NCBI GenBank assembly: GCA_963803435.1 | Contig: CAWDML010000001.1 | Coordinates: forward strand, 64,001-128,000 | Source of the DNA: an uncultured delta proteobacterium | Lineage (GTDB): Bacteria > Myxococcota > Kuafuiibacteriia > Kuafuiibacteriales > Kuafuiibacteriaceae | Reading direction: 5' to 3' | DNA: 64,000 nucleotides | Shown: positions 43,522-53,604 of the stretch, piece after piece | Layout: each line of letters starts with the position of its first letter | How positions within the stretch are numbered: position 1 is the stretch's first letter | Position numbers and translations under genes: made by a program | The notes under the pieces: model-generated | The model's database searches: none | Told to the model about the DNA's origin: nothing | Seen by the model: only the letters and a program-made list of their open reading frames with translations

Positions 43522-44184
43522 ATGAGCTTCTCAGCCACGCTCCTCATCTATCTCGTCATCGGCCTGGTGGTGGCCTCGGCCAACCTCCTGCTCTCCGCTC
43601 GCGCCCCGCGCCTCGAGAGGGTCCTCGCGTTCACGGCCGCCGTCCCATTCTGGCCCATCTTCGCGCCCTTCCTGATCGCGAGGCCTCGCGTTTCCAGGAG
43701 CGGGTCCACGGACGGCGGGCTGGAGACGCGGATCGAGGCCGCCGTCGCGCGGCTGATCGAGGCCCTCGGGAGCCTCGACGGGATCGCCGACGACGTGCTC
43801 GGTCCCGAGGTCGAGCGCGTCACCGGCCTGGGCCGGGCGCTCCGCACGATGGCCCGGCGCTCGGCCGAGATGAGCGCGCTCCTCGCGACGCCCGAGCTCT
43901 CGAAGCCGCGCGCGCTCCAGAGTCTCGCGGCGCTCGAGGAGACCTCACCGGCCAACCCCCGCGCCGCCAGCATCCGCGCGAGGATCGCCAACATCGAGCG
44001 GCTCGAGTCGATGCAGGCGCGCACGCTCGAAGCCCTCGAACGCGCGTTGCTGGAGGCCGAGGAGATCGGCACGCGCATGGCCCTGCTCCGCTTCGCCGAC
44101 CGCCCCGAGGACGAGGTGGTCCGGATGATCCGCGACATCGCGGCCTCGGTGGAGGGTGTGTCGGAGAGCTTGGCCCTCGAGTGA
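43522..44184 (+). CDS. Membrane-anchored coiled-coil protein
   Basis: Two N-terminal TMs ending 'PFWPIFAP', helical C-terminus. Confidence 0.65.
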   Translation: MSFSATLLIYLVIGLVVASANLLLSARAPRLERVLAFTAAVPFWPIFAPFLIARPRVSRSGSTDGGLETRIEAAVARLIEALGSLDGIADDVLGPEVERVTGLGRALRTMARRSAEMSALLATPELSKPRALQSLAALEETSPANPRAASIRARIANIERLESMQARTLEALERALLEAEEIGTRMALLRFADRPEDEVVRMIRDIAASVEGVSESLALE

Positions 44185-44211
44185 CCTTGGGTGATGCTGG
44201 GACGCCGCCCG

Positions 44212-45807
44212 ATGAGCCTCTACCCGTACAGCCTGCTGCCGGTGCTCTCGGTGGGCGCGCTGCTCTTCTTCACCGCGATCCGGCGCGGCGCGCGCACGCT
44301 CGGGCTGGCCCTCTACTGCCTCTCGATCGTGCTGTGGTCCGGAATGCTGGCGCTGATCTGGGTCCCTTCGCTGGCCACGATCGGCGAGCGCTTCGCCGCG
44401 ATCGGCTCACTGATCGCCGCCACCTTCCTCCACGCCGCCTACGACGTGATGCGACAGCGATCGCGCCGCCTGGTGTGGCTCGCCTATGCGGCGGCGGCGG
44501 TCCTGACGCTGGCCGGCGTGCTCCGCCCCGGCCTGCTCTACGGTCCGATGGCGATGACCCGCGGCCCGCTCTTCTGGCCGGCGATGGGCCTTGCCGTGGT
44601 CGCCGCGGTGATCCCGCTGCTCCAGCTGTATCGGGCGTACCTCACGGCGCCGCCCGCCGATCGCGGGCCGCTGCGCCGGCTCGGGCTGGCGGGCGCGCTC
44701 TGCTACGTCGGCGGCATGGGCAACGCGATCCTGCTCTCCCACGGGCATGCGCTGCCCTGGGGCATGCTCCTGGTGCTCGCCTCTCTCTTGATCCTCGCCA
44801 ACGTCATCCGCGAGTACGAGCCTCCGGCGGAGCGGAAGCTCCTCGAGCGCAGCCTCCTCTACTCCGCGGTGGCCGCGTTCGTCTCGGCCGGCTTCCTCTT
44901 CGGCGTCATGTCGCTGATGACGGGGACCGATCCTCTGCTCGCGCAGTATCGGATCGGAGCGCTCTTCCTGGTGTTCTTGGCCGCGCTCGCCTTCGAGCCG
45001 ATCCGCCAGCAGCTCCAGGAGCTGATCGCCCGCACCATGATCCGCGATCGGGCCCCGGCCGCGCACGTGGCGCGCGCGCTCGAACGTCAGGAGGTGATCG
45101 CGGAGCAGGCGCAGCGTCTGGCGGAGATCGGCGCGCTGGCCTCCGCGGTGGCCCACGAGGTGAGGAACCCGCTCGGCGTCCTCTCCGCGCACCTGAAGCT
45201 GCTGGCCCGAGCCGGCACGGCCGCCGAGGCCGTCGCCGACATGCAAGAGCAGATCGATCGGGCCGCGCGCTTCATCGAGGACCTGCTGAGCTACGGCCGC
45301 CCGCGCCCGCTCGAGCTGCGCCTGATCGATGCGATGCCCACGATCCAGCTGGCGCTCTCCACCGCGCGCCGGGGCCTCGGTTTCGACGCCGACGATGTCG
45401 ACGCGACGGTCGCCGGCGGCGAAGCACTCCTCCTCGAGGCCGATCAGGCCCAGATCTCGCAGGCGCTGGTGATCCTCCTCGACAATGCGTTCCTGGCGGT
45501 TGCGGGTGCACCCGACAAGAAGATCCGGATCAGCACCTCCGTGACCGCCGAGCGGATCGGGATCGCCGTCGAGGACTCGGGCGACGGGATCCCGGCCGAG
45601 GTGCAGGATCGATTGTTCGAGCCGTTCGTCACCTCGCGCAAGCGTGAGGGACCTCGGCCCGGCACCGGCCTGGGCCTCGCGATCGCGCGCGGCATCGTCG
45701 AGCGCCACCATGGCGCGATCTCCGCGGACCGATCGGAGGCGCTGGGCGGGGCGCGCTTCGTGCTGTCGCTCCCGAAGGTTCAACCGGTACTTGCAACCGC
45801 GGACTAG
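44212..45807 (+). CDS. Multi-TM sensor histidine kinase
   Basis: 'AHEVRNPL', 'LLDNA', 'VEDSGDGI', 'FEPF', 'GTGLGLAI'. Confidence 0.95.
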   Translation: MSLYPYSLLPVLSVGALLFFTAIRRGARTLGLALYCLSIVLWSGMLALIWVPSLATIGERFAAIGSLIAATFLHAAYDVMRQRSRRLVWLAYAAAAVLTLAGVLRPGLLYGPMAMTRGPLFWPAMGLAVVAAVIPLLQLYRAYLTAPPADRGPLRRLGLAGALCYVGGMGNAILLSHGHALPWGMLLVLASLLILANVIREYEPPAERKLLERSLLYSAVAAFVSAGFLFGVMSLMTGTDPLLAQYRIGALFLVFLAALAFEPIRQQLQELIARTMIRDRAPAAHVARALERQEVIAEQAQRLAEIGALASAVAHEVRNPLGVLSAHLKLLARAGTAAEAVADMQEQIDRAARFIEDLLSYGRPRPLELRLIDAMPTIQLALSTARRGLGFDADDVDATVAGGEALLLEADQAQISQALVILLDNAFLAVAGAPDKKIRISTSVTAERIGIAVEDSGDGIPAEVQDRLFEPFVTSRKREGPRPGTGLGLAIARGIVERHHGAISADRSEALGGARFVLSLPKVQPVLATAD

Positions 45808-47200
<1,393 letters not shown>

Positions 47201-47203
47201 CCG

Positions 47204-47989
47204 ATGACCGAAGAGCTCGACCGACGCCTCGCCACCGCCGAAGCCGCCGCCCGCGAGGCCGGGGTGCTGGCGCGGGAAAAGTTCGCCAACCTCGAGACGA
47301 TCTCGATCGAGAAGAAAGGGCTGCAGGACTGGGTGAGCGCCGCCGATCGGGAGGTTGAGAGACTATTGAAAGCCCACCTGCTGAGCGCATTTCCCGACGA
47401 CGGCTTTCTCGGCGAAGAGTTCGGCGGCGCCGAGAGAGAGGGTGTCTGGGTCGTCGATCCGATCGACGGTACAGGCAACTTCGTCCGCGGCATCCCGCTG
47501 TTCGGCATCTCGATCGCGTTCTGGCGGGCGGGCGAGCCCGTCGCGGGCGTGATTTACGATCCGATCTCCGGTGACCTCTATGCGGCGAGGACCGGCGGCG
47601 GCGCCTTCAAGAACGGCCGCCGTATCCAGGTCCGCAACGTCGAACGGCTCGACGACGCCGTGATCGGGATCGGCTTCTCGACGAAGGCCGACAAGGCCCC
47701 CATGGTCGAGGCGCTGCGAGCCTTCCTCGAAGCGGGCGCCGAGTTCCGCCGCCTCGGCGCCGCCGTGCTCTGCCTCGCGTGGGTCGCCGAGGGCCGCCTC
47801 GACGCCTTCTGGCACACCAGCCTCAACGCGTGGGACGCGCTCGCCGGGATGGTGTTGGTGCGCGAGGCGGGCGGGCGCGTGAACCATGTCTTCGGTGAAG
47901 GCGAGCTGCTCTCGCGCGGGCCCACGCTGGTGTCCTCGCCGAGGATCGCGGGTGCGGTCGAGGCGATCACCGGCGTCGCGCTCCGCTGA
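47204..47989 (+). CDS. Inositol monophosphatase family protein
   Basis: 'LGEE', 'WVVDPIDGTGNF', 'WDALAG'. Confidence 0.93.
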   Translation: MTEELDRRLATAEAAAREAGVLAREKFANLETISIEKKGLQDWVSAADREVERLLKAHLLSAFPDDGFLGEEFGGAEREGVWVVDPIDGTGNFVRGIPLFGISIAFWRAGEPVAGVIYDPISGDLYAARTGGGAFKNGRRIQVRNVERLDDAVIGIGFSTKADKAPMVEALRAFLEAGAEFRRLGAAVLCLAWVAEGRLDAFWHTSLNAWDALAGMVLVREAGGRVNHVFGEGELLSRGPTLVSSPRIAGAVEAITGVALR

Positions 47990-48111
47990 CGTGCGCTCGA
48001 TCGCCTTGACACGCCGGAGCTGTTCCGGCACGCGCGCGCGCACGTGTTCATACTTATTACGATCGCGCCTCGTAACCCCGCAGAAAAAATGACGTTTCTC
48101 GATCGGGTCAC

Positions 48112-48140
48112 TTGACGCGCTCGGGGCCGATCTTTAGAGT
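48112..48140 (+). promoter_or_regulatory. Sigma70-type promoter
   Basis: TTGACG (48112-17), 17-nt spacer, TAGAGT (48135-40). Confidence 0.8.
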
Positions 48141-48200
48141 AGCGCCATCGCTCGGCGGCGTTCCGTCGGCGAAATCAACAGAGAGGAAGTGGAGCCTTCG

Positions 48201-48326
48201 ATGTCGAGACCCGCACAGCAGATTTGGTCGAAGAATCATCTTCGCACCGGTTACGTGTGCCGCGTCGCCGGCACGCCCCTCGGATTCGAAAGTGATCGAA
48301 TCGAAGGCGGGTACCGAGGCCCCTAG
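48201..48326 (+). CDS. Putative 41-aa leader peptide MSRPAQQIWSKNHLRTGYVCRVAGTPLGFESDRIEGGYRGP
   Basis: SD-like GAGAGGA/GGAG upstream; lies between the promoter and the terminator; too short for the ORF track. Confidence 0.6.
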   Translation: MSRPAQQIWSKNHLRTGYVCRVAGTPLGFESDRIEGGYRGP

Positions 48327-48359
48327 GCGAGCGCTCTTTCACTAGAGACCGCCCTCCGG

Positions 48360-48392
48360 AGCCGGGTACCCAACAGGGCACCCGGCTTTTTT
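48360..48392 (+). terminator. Intrinsic terminator (candidate attenuator)
   Basis: AGCCGGGTACCC-AACA-GGGCACCCGGCT followed by TTTTT. Confidence 0.85.
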
Positions 48393-48410
48393 CGTTTCTG
48401 ATGTCCGCGT

Positions 48411-48498
48411 GGAAGAGTGGCTGAGCGGCAAAGGCACCGGCTTGCTAAGCCGGCGAGTGGGCGATCCCCATGCACAGGTTCGAGTCCTGTCTCTTCCG
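48411..48498 (+). tRNA. tRNA-Ser(GCT), divergent, CCA not encoded
   Basis: GGAAGAG/CTCTTCC acceptor, discriminator G, CCGGC-TTGCTAA-GCCGG, long variable arm, ACAGG-TTCGAGT-CCTGT. Confidence 0.88.
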
Positions 48499-48536
48499 TT
48501 TTGTTTCTTTGAGCTCACCGGCTCACGGTTTCGCGT

Positions 48537-48598
48537 GGGGATGGTCGCCGCCCGAGCTTCTCCAACTCGGCCAGGCTGTCGCAACGGCAGCCCTCCCC
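48537..48598 (+). ncRNA. tRNA-like structured element lacking a D-arm (pseudo-tRNA or second terminator)
   Basis: GGGGA/TCCCC closing stem, CCGAG/CTCGG hairpin, GGCTG/CAGCC hairpin, then a T-tract. Confidence 0.45.
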
Positions 48599-48709
48599 TT
48601 TTTCTCAACCGTTTTTGTCCTTTGGTACAGTTAACCTATTACGAGGTCATGACCACGAGTGTTTGCTCGTCGTCTTCTGCCTGCCCAAGGCTTGCAGAGG
48701 CCTCGACCG

Positions 48710-48784
48710 GCCGCGATAGCCCAACTCGGTAGAGGCACTAGGTCGAGGACCTAGCGAGTGCAGGTTCGAACCCTGCTCGTGGCA
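48710..48784 (+). tRNA. Atypical tRNA with GAG (Leu) anticodon and short variable loop
   Basis: GCCGCGA/TCGTGGC+A acceptor, D-loop with GG, CTAGG-TCGAGGA-CCTAG, 5-nt variable loop, GCAGG-TTCGAAC-CCTGC. Confidence 0.82.
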
Positions 48785-48804
48785 AGACACAATGGAGGTG
48801 AGGG

Positions 48805-49350
48805 ATGGACACGCTGGTCCTGAGCTGTAGCTACCAGCCTGTCGACCGAATCAGCTGGCAGCGCGCGATCTGTCTGTGGGTCATGGAGAAGGTCGAGGTC
48901 CTCGAGGAGTACGCGGACCGAGAGATCCGCTCCGTGTCGCTGGCGATCAAGATGCCGTCCGTCGTGCGGTTTCTGCACCAGACGAAGGTCCGGCGCGGCT
49001 CGGTGAGGTTCTCACGCGAGAACGTGTTCACCCGCGACAAGGGTCGCTGCCAGTACTGCTCGGCGAAGGTCTCCCGCATGGAGGCGACGTACGACCACGT
49101 GATTCCGCGACGTCTGGGAGGCCAGACGCGATGGGACAACATCGTGATCAGTTGCTACGACTGCAATCAGAAGAAGGGTGGCCGCACGCCGCAGCAGGCC
49201 GGGATGAAGCTGATCGCGGTACCGAGCAAGCCGAAGTCTCTGCCGCCGACCTTTCGGGTCACGTTCACGCAGCGGTCGGGCGTACCGGCTTCCTGGAGGC
49301 AGTACCTCGTCGACGTTCATTACTGGCACGGTGAGCTCGAGCAGGACTGA
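48805..49350 (+). CDS. HNH endonuclease (McrA/HNH_5-like)
   Basis: SD GGAGGTG; 'RDKGRCQYC', 'TYDHVIP', 'WDNIVISCYDCNQKKG'. Confidence 0.95.
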   Translation: MDTLVLSCSYQPVDRISWQRAICLWVMEKVEVLEEYADREIRSVSLAIKMPSVVRFLHQTKVRRGSVRFSRENVFTRDKGRCQYCSAKVSRMEATYDHVIPRRLGGQTRWDNIVISCYDCNQKKGGRTPQQAGMKLIAVPSKPKSLPPTFRVTFTQRSGVPASWRQYLVDVHYWHGELEQD

Positions 49351-49378
49351 CAAAAGCGCTCGGCGTGACAGGGTTTGA

Positions 49379-49419
49379 AAGGGTGAGGCGGTCTCGTGCC
49401 GCCTCACCCTTCGCTTTTT
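49379..49419 (+). terminator. Intrinsic terminator closing the tRNA-HNH unit
   Basis: AAGGGTGAGGCGG-N7-CCGCCTCACCCTT then CGCTTTTT. Confidence 0.8.
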
Positions 49420-49478
49420 CGACGCTCTCCTCGATGCGCGCGGGTCGCGCAAGCTTTTTGCAACCGGACCTGCGCACG

Positions 49479-52103
49479 ATGAGATCCTCCCTCCTCGCAC
49501 TGTTCGCGCTCACCGCCTGCGGCGGCGAAGATGCTGCGTCCTTCGACGTGACCCCTCCTCGCGCCCCTGAGACGCCTCGCGTCGATCCCGACGCGATCCA
49601 GCCACAGCCCGCCGACCCGGTCGTCCTGCCCTCGCTCGGGCCCTGTCCGGCCGGCTGGAGCTCGGTACGCACGGATGGGCTCGAGACCTGCGAGCCCTGG
49701 CCGGCCGCTGCACCGCCCGCGTGCGCGCCCGACGAGATGGCGACGCCCGCGCATCCTGCCTGTGCGGTCGTCGGTGCGAGCTGCGGCGCCGAGTGGGCGG
49801 AGAACCTCCCGGCCTCCGGGGTCCTCTTCGTACGACCGGGTGCAACCGGCGGTGACGGGAGCCGAGCCGCGCCCTTCGGCACGCTGGCCGGGGCCCTTGC
49901 CGCGGCCACCGACGGCTCCACCGTCGCGCTGAGCCGCGGCACCTTCGCCGAGAGCGCCGTGGTGGACGCCCGCGTGTCGATCGTGGGCGCCTGCGCGAGC
50001 GCCACCATCCTCACCTCCGATCTCCCCCAGACGCCGACGGACCGCGCAGTCCTCGAGGCCGGTGCGGACGGCGTGGTCGTCGCCAACCTGACGATTGCGG
50101 CCAGCGAGCGATGGGCCCTCATTGCGCGGGCGGGGAGCGTCCGCCTCTCGCACGCGATCGTGTCGGGCGGACAGCTGGGCGTGCAGGCCGAAGCCGGCGG
50201 TACGCTGGTCCTCGAGACCGTGCACCTCGCCGACATCGACGGCAGCGCGGTCTCGGCCGACGGTGCAGCGATCAGGCTGCTCCACGTCTCCATCGAGCGC
50301 GCGGGGATCGGGATCCAGGCGGCCGGGGGCTCCGCCTCGAGCGACGACGCGCTCCTGGCCGACACCGGCGACGCCGTGCAGGCCCGCGCCGGCGCGGCGG
50401 TCGCCCTCCGCGACGCGCTCATCGAGAGATGGCAGGAGAGCGCGGTCGCCCTGACCGAACCCGGTACCTCCGGCGAGCTCGAGCGTGTCGTGATCCGCGA
50501 CGCCTCCGGCACCGGCGACGCGCTCGCCGCGCACGAGGGGGCCAGCCTCTCTGCAGTCCAGGTCGTCGTCGATCGCGCCGGACGGGCCGGCGCCCTCGCC
50601 TCGTCCCCCGGCAGCGCGATCGACCTCACCGATGTGGTGATCCGCGAGCTCACCGGCGATCCGGCCCAGAGCACCGATGCGTTCGGCCTGTACGCCGAGG
50701 GCGCTCACCTTTCGGGCCGGCGGATCTACGTCCGGGGCGCCGTGACCGGCGTGCTCGCGTTCCTCGGGGGCGCCTCCGCCGAGCTCACCGACCTCACGGT
50801 GGAGGACGGCCGCTCGATCGGCTCCGGTGAGCTGGGGATCGGCGTCGACATCCAGCAGGACGCGACCGCCTCGCTCTCGCGCATCCACCTCGTCCGCAGC
50901 CGCTCGGCCGGCCTCTCGGTCACGCGGGGCGCCAGCGCGACGGTCGGCGACGCAGCCATCCTCGACACCCAGCCGAGCACCGCGCTCGGCTACGGTGTGA
51001 TCGTCGCCGAGGGCGGAGAGCTCACTCTCAGCCGCGCCCACGTCGAGGGGAGCTCGGGCCTCGGGTTCGCGATCACCGACGGCGCACACGCCACGGTCGC
51101 CGACGTCTCCATCGTCGGGACCGTCAGCCCCGACGACGATCGCGGGCGCGCCGCCTTCTTGGGCGCCGGCTTGGCCATCTCGACCGCGGGTGCCCTCGAC
51201 GGCACACGCCTGGCGATCGAGGACAATCGCGACGTCGGTCTCCTGATCTCGGGAGGCGCCGCCAAGCTCGACGCTCTGGCCGTGCGCCGCACCTATGGCG
51301 ACGGGCGCGCGCTGCCCGGCTTCGGGATCCAGGGCGACCGACCCACGTCGCTCGAGATCACGAAGGCGATCGTCGAGGACAACGACGGCGATGCGATCCG
51401 CGTCGAGGGTCAGCTCGGCGGCGGCGCGGCGGCCGCCCGGTTCATGCTGGCCGACGCCACGGTGCGAGGGCGCGGCGACGAGGCGCCCGGCGGGGTCGCG
51501 CACGGCCTCCTGGTCTCGGGAAACTTCGAGACGACCGTCGAGCGCCTCTCCATCGAGCGACCCGCCTTCACGGGGATCCGGATCGCGGCCGACCCTTCTC
51601 CCGCGACGCTCTCGGACGTCACCGTCACCGCGCTCGCGCCCGGCGATTCGGGCGCGCTGCCCCTCCCCCGCGCTGCCCTCGTGCTCGACGGCTCCCCCGC
51701 CGTCCGCGCCTCTGCGCTCGAGATCGACCAGGCGGCGATCGCGGCGATTCTACTCAATGGATCGTCGGCGCTCACCGCCGAGGACCTGCTGATCCGCGGG
51801 GTCACCGCCGCCCCCGGCTGCGACGCCGACTGCGCCGCCGCGGGCGTCGTCGCCTTTCCCGAGTCGAGCGGTGCCTTCGAGCGCTTCGAGATCGACGACG
51901 CGCAGGTGGCCGGCGTGCAGGCGCTCGGCGGCGAGCTCCACCTCACGGACGGCGTGATCGCCCGGTCGCGGGTCGGGATCAACCACCTGCCGGGGGTCGA
52001 TCCAAACGGCTTCATCGATCGTGTCCGGTTCGACGATGACGGCGCCGACTTCGATGCGAGCGCGCTGCCGGTACCGTCGTGGCCCATCGGAGCACCGGAG
52101 TAG
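49479..52103 (+). CDS. Large lipoprotein with right-handed parallel beta-helix repeats
   Basis: Lipobox 'LTAC', Cys-rich N-terminus, 'DGSRAAPFGTL', long beta-helix repeats. Confidence 0.8.
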   Translation: MRSSLLALFALTACGGEDAASFDVTPPRAPETPRVDPDAIQPQPADPVVLPSLGPCPAGWSSVRTDGLETCEPWPAAAPPACAPDEMATPAHPACAVVGASCGAEWAENLPASGVLFVRPGATGGDGSRAAPFGTLAGALAAATDGSTVALSRGTFAESAVVDARVSIVGACASATILTSDLPQTPTDRAVLEAGADGVVVANLTIAASERWALIARAGSVRLSHAIVSGGQLGVQAEAGGTLVLETVHLADIDGSAVSADGAAIRLLHVSIERAGIGIQAAGGSASSDDALLADTGDAVQARAGAAVALRDALIERWQESAVALTEPGTSGELERVVIRDASGTGDALAAHEGASLSAVQVVVDRAGRAGALASSPGSAIDLTDVVIRELTGDPAQSTDAFGLYAEGAHLSGRRIYVRGAVTGVLAFLGGASAELTDLTVEDGRSIGSGELGIGVDIQQDATASLSRIHLVRSRSAGLSVTRGASATVGDAAILDTQPSTALGYGVIVAEGGELTLSRAHVEGSSGLGFAITDGAHATVADVSIVGTVSPDDDRGRAAFLGAGLAISTAGALDGTRLAIEDNRDVGLLISGGAAKLDALAVRRTYGDGRALPGFGIQGDRPTSLEITKAIVEDNDGDAIRVEGQLGGGAAAARFMLADATVRGRGDEAPGGVAHGLLVSGNFETTVERLSIERPAFTGIRIAADPSPATLSDVTVTALAPGDSGALPLPRAALVLDGSPAVRASALEIDQAAIAAILLNGSSALTAEDLLIRGVTAAPGCDADCAAAGVVAFPESSGAFERFEIDDAQVAGVQALGGELHLTDGVIARSRVGINHLPGVDPNGFIDRVRFDDDGADFDASALPVPSWPIGAPE

Positions 52104-52263
52104 GCACCACCATCGATCTCTCTTCCTCCCGCCGCATCGCCTTGGTTGCCTTGGGGCTCACCCAAGATCGCGCTCTTCATGACCAAGTCCTACGTCAGAG
52201 TCGTCCGGCCGATCTTCCAGCGACTCGATCCTCAGCAGTCGGACGATGCGCGCCTGGAAAGCG

Positions 52264-52332
52264 CTAGGAGCGTGTAGCGCGTAGCGCTACCGCGAGCCCG
52301 GTCCGGGTCCCGGTCCCGGTCCCGGTCCCGAT
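52264..52332. repeat. Left inverted repeat containing CCGGTC/GGTCCC tandem units
   Basis: Near reverse complement of 53605..53674. Confidence 0.9.
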
Positions 52333-52521
52333 GGCGATCATGCAGCCCGGCGTGCGTTCATCGACTTGATGAGGCGCGTGAGCATCTCGACGACGCGCTT
52401 GAGACCATGCAAGCTAGCTTGCGGTAGCTCGTCCACCTTGACCAGCAGAAGTTCTTGGAGGTCGTTTCGTCTGGAATCGATCGTTGGGCGGATCGACTTC
52501 GACGCCTGGACTTGATTCGCG

Positions 52522-53584
52522 CGGGCGACCTACGAAGACATTCCATTCCGGGTGCTGGCTGGAGAAAGTCATCCCCACTTCACGACGATCAACGAGTTTC
52601 GGCTCGTCCACCTGGAGGCACGGAAAGCGCTCTTCCTCGAAGTCCTGAAGCTTTGCCAAAAAGCAGGTTTGGTGCGGCTCGGACACGTCGCACTCGATGG
52701 CTCGAAGGTGCAGGCGAACGCGAGCAAGCACAAGGCGATGACCTACGAGCGGATGGCCGAGGAGGAGAAGCGGCTGTCTCTCGAGATCGAAGAACTGCTG
52801 GAGCGAGCGGGCACGATCGACCAAGAGGAAGACGAGCGGCTGGGCGTTGAAGAGACTGAAGAGGACATCCCAGCGGAGCTCGCTCGCCGTGAATCCCGCC
52901 TTGCCCGCATTCGAGAAGCGAAGGCTGCGCTGGAACAGGATGCCGCCAGGGCTCGCGCGGAGAAATTGCGCAGGCAAGCCGAAGAGCAGCAGAGCAAAGC
53001 GGATGATGCTCTTGTGGATCGGGTGGAGCAGAAGCGAGCGAGAACTCGAGCCGAGAAGGCAAGAGCGCAGGCTGACCAGCTCGAACCATCCCCAGACCCA
53101 ACTGAACGAAATGATGGATGGCCGCATCATCGCGTTCCTGCAAATGTGGACGGCACACCGAGGCCCAACGCTCGAGGAACTTCACCGACTCAGACAGCAG
53201 GATCATGTTGAAGGAGGGAGCGTACCTCCAGGCCTACAATGCCCAAGTTGTCGTAGATGAGCACGCTCAGGTGATTGTCGCCGAAGGGGTCAGCAATCAG
53301 GCACCTGATCAGCAACACCTCGTCCCGATGCTCCAGCCCACACCTGCCTCGTCGCTCGCAAGCGAATGCGAGACAAGTTGCAGACGCGCGACCGCAAGGC
53401 GGTCTACGCCCGCAGGAAGAGTATCGTCGAACCGGCGCTCGGACAGATCAAAGGGGCACGAGGATTCCGCCGGTTCTCGCTACGCTCCTTCTTCAAGGTA
53501 CGAGCCGAGTGGACGCTCGTCTGCCTCACCCACAACCTGCTCAAGCTCTACCAATCGAAGCTCGCGACCGTCGCGAGCGTCTGA
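52522..53584 (+). pseudogene. IS1182-family transposase remnant (5' truncated, frameshifted, internally deleted)
   Basis: 'RATYEDIPFRVLAGESHPHFTTINEFR', 'VALDGSKVQANASK', 'NFTDSDSRIM', 'YNAQ', 'YARRKSIVEP', 'HNLLKL' across three frames. Confidence 0.9.
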
Positions 53585-53604
53585 CTCAAGGCAGCCATCT
53601 TCAG

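Noticed and set aside
48442-48448. Reading the tRNA-Ser loop TTGCTAA as a CTA amber suppressor or Pyl tRNA
   Set aside because: The 5-bp stem fixes a 7-nt loop with central GCT; G73 and the long variable arm fit Ser
48409-48732. 107-aa ORF and internal 27-aa ORF (ATG 48649) across the tRNA array
   Set aside because: They overlap tRNA genes; the SD-like GAGG is too close to the ATG; no protein-like features
48805-49350. HNH as an intron homing endonuclease, Cas9/IscB or prophage gene
   Set aside because: Free-standing 181-aa gene with its own SD and terminator; no RuvC, interrupted host gene or phage genes nearby
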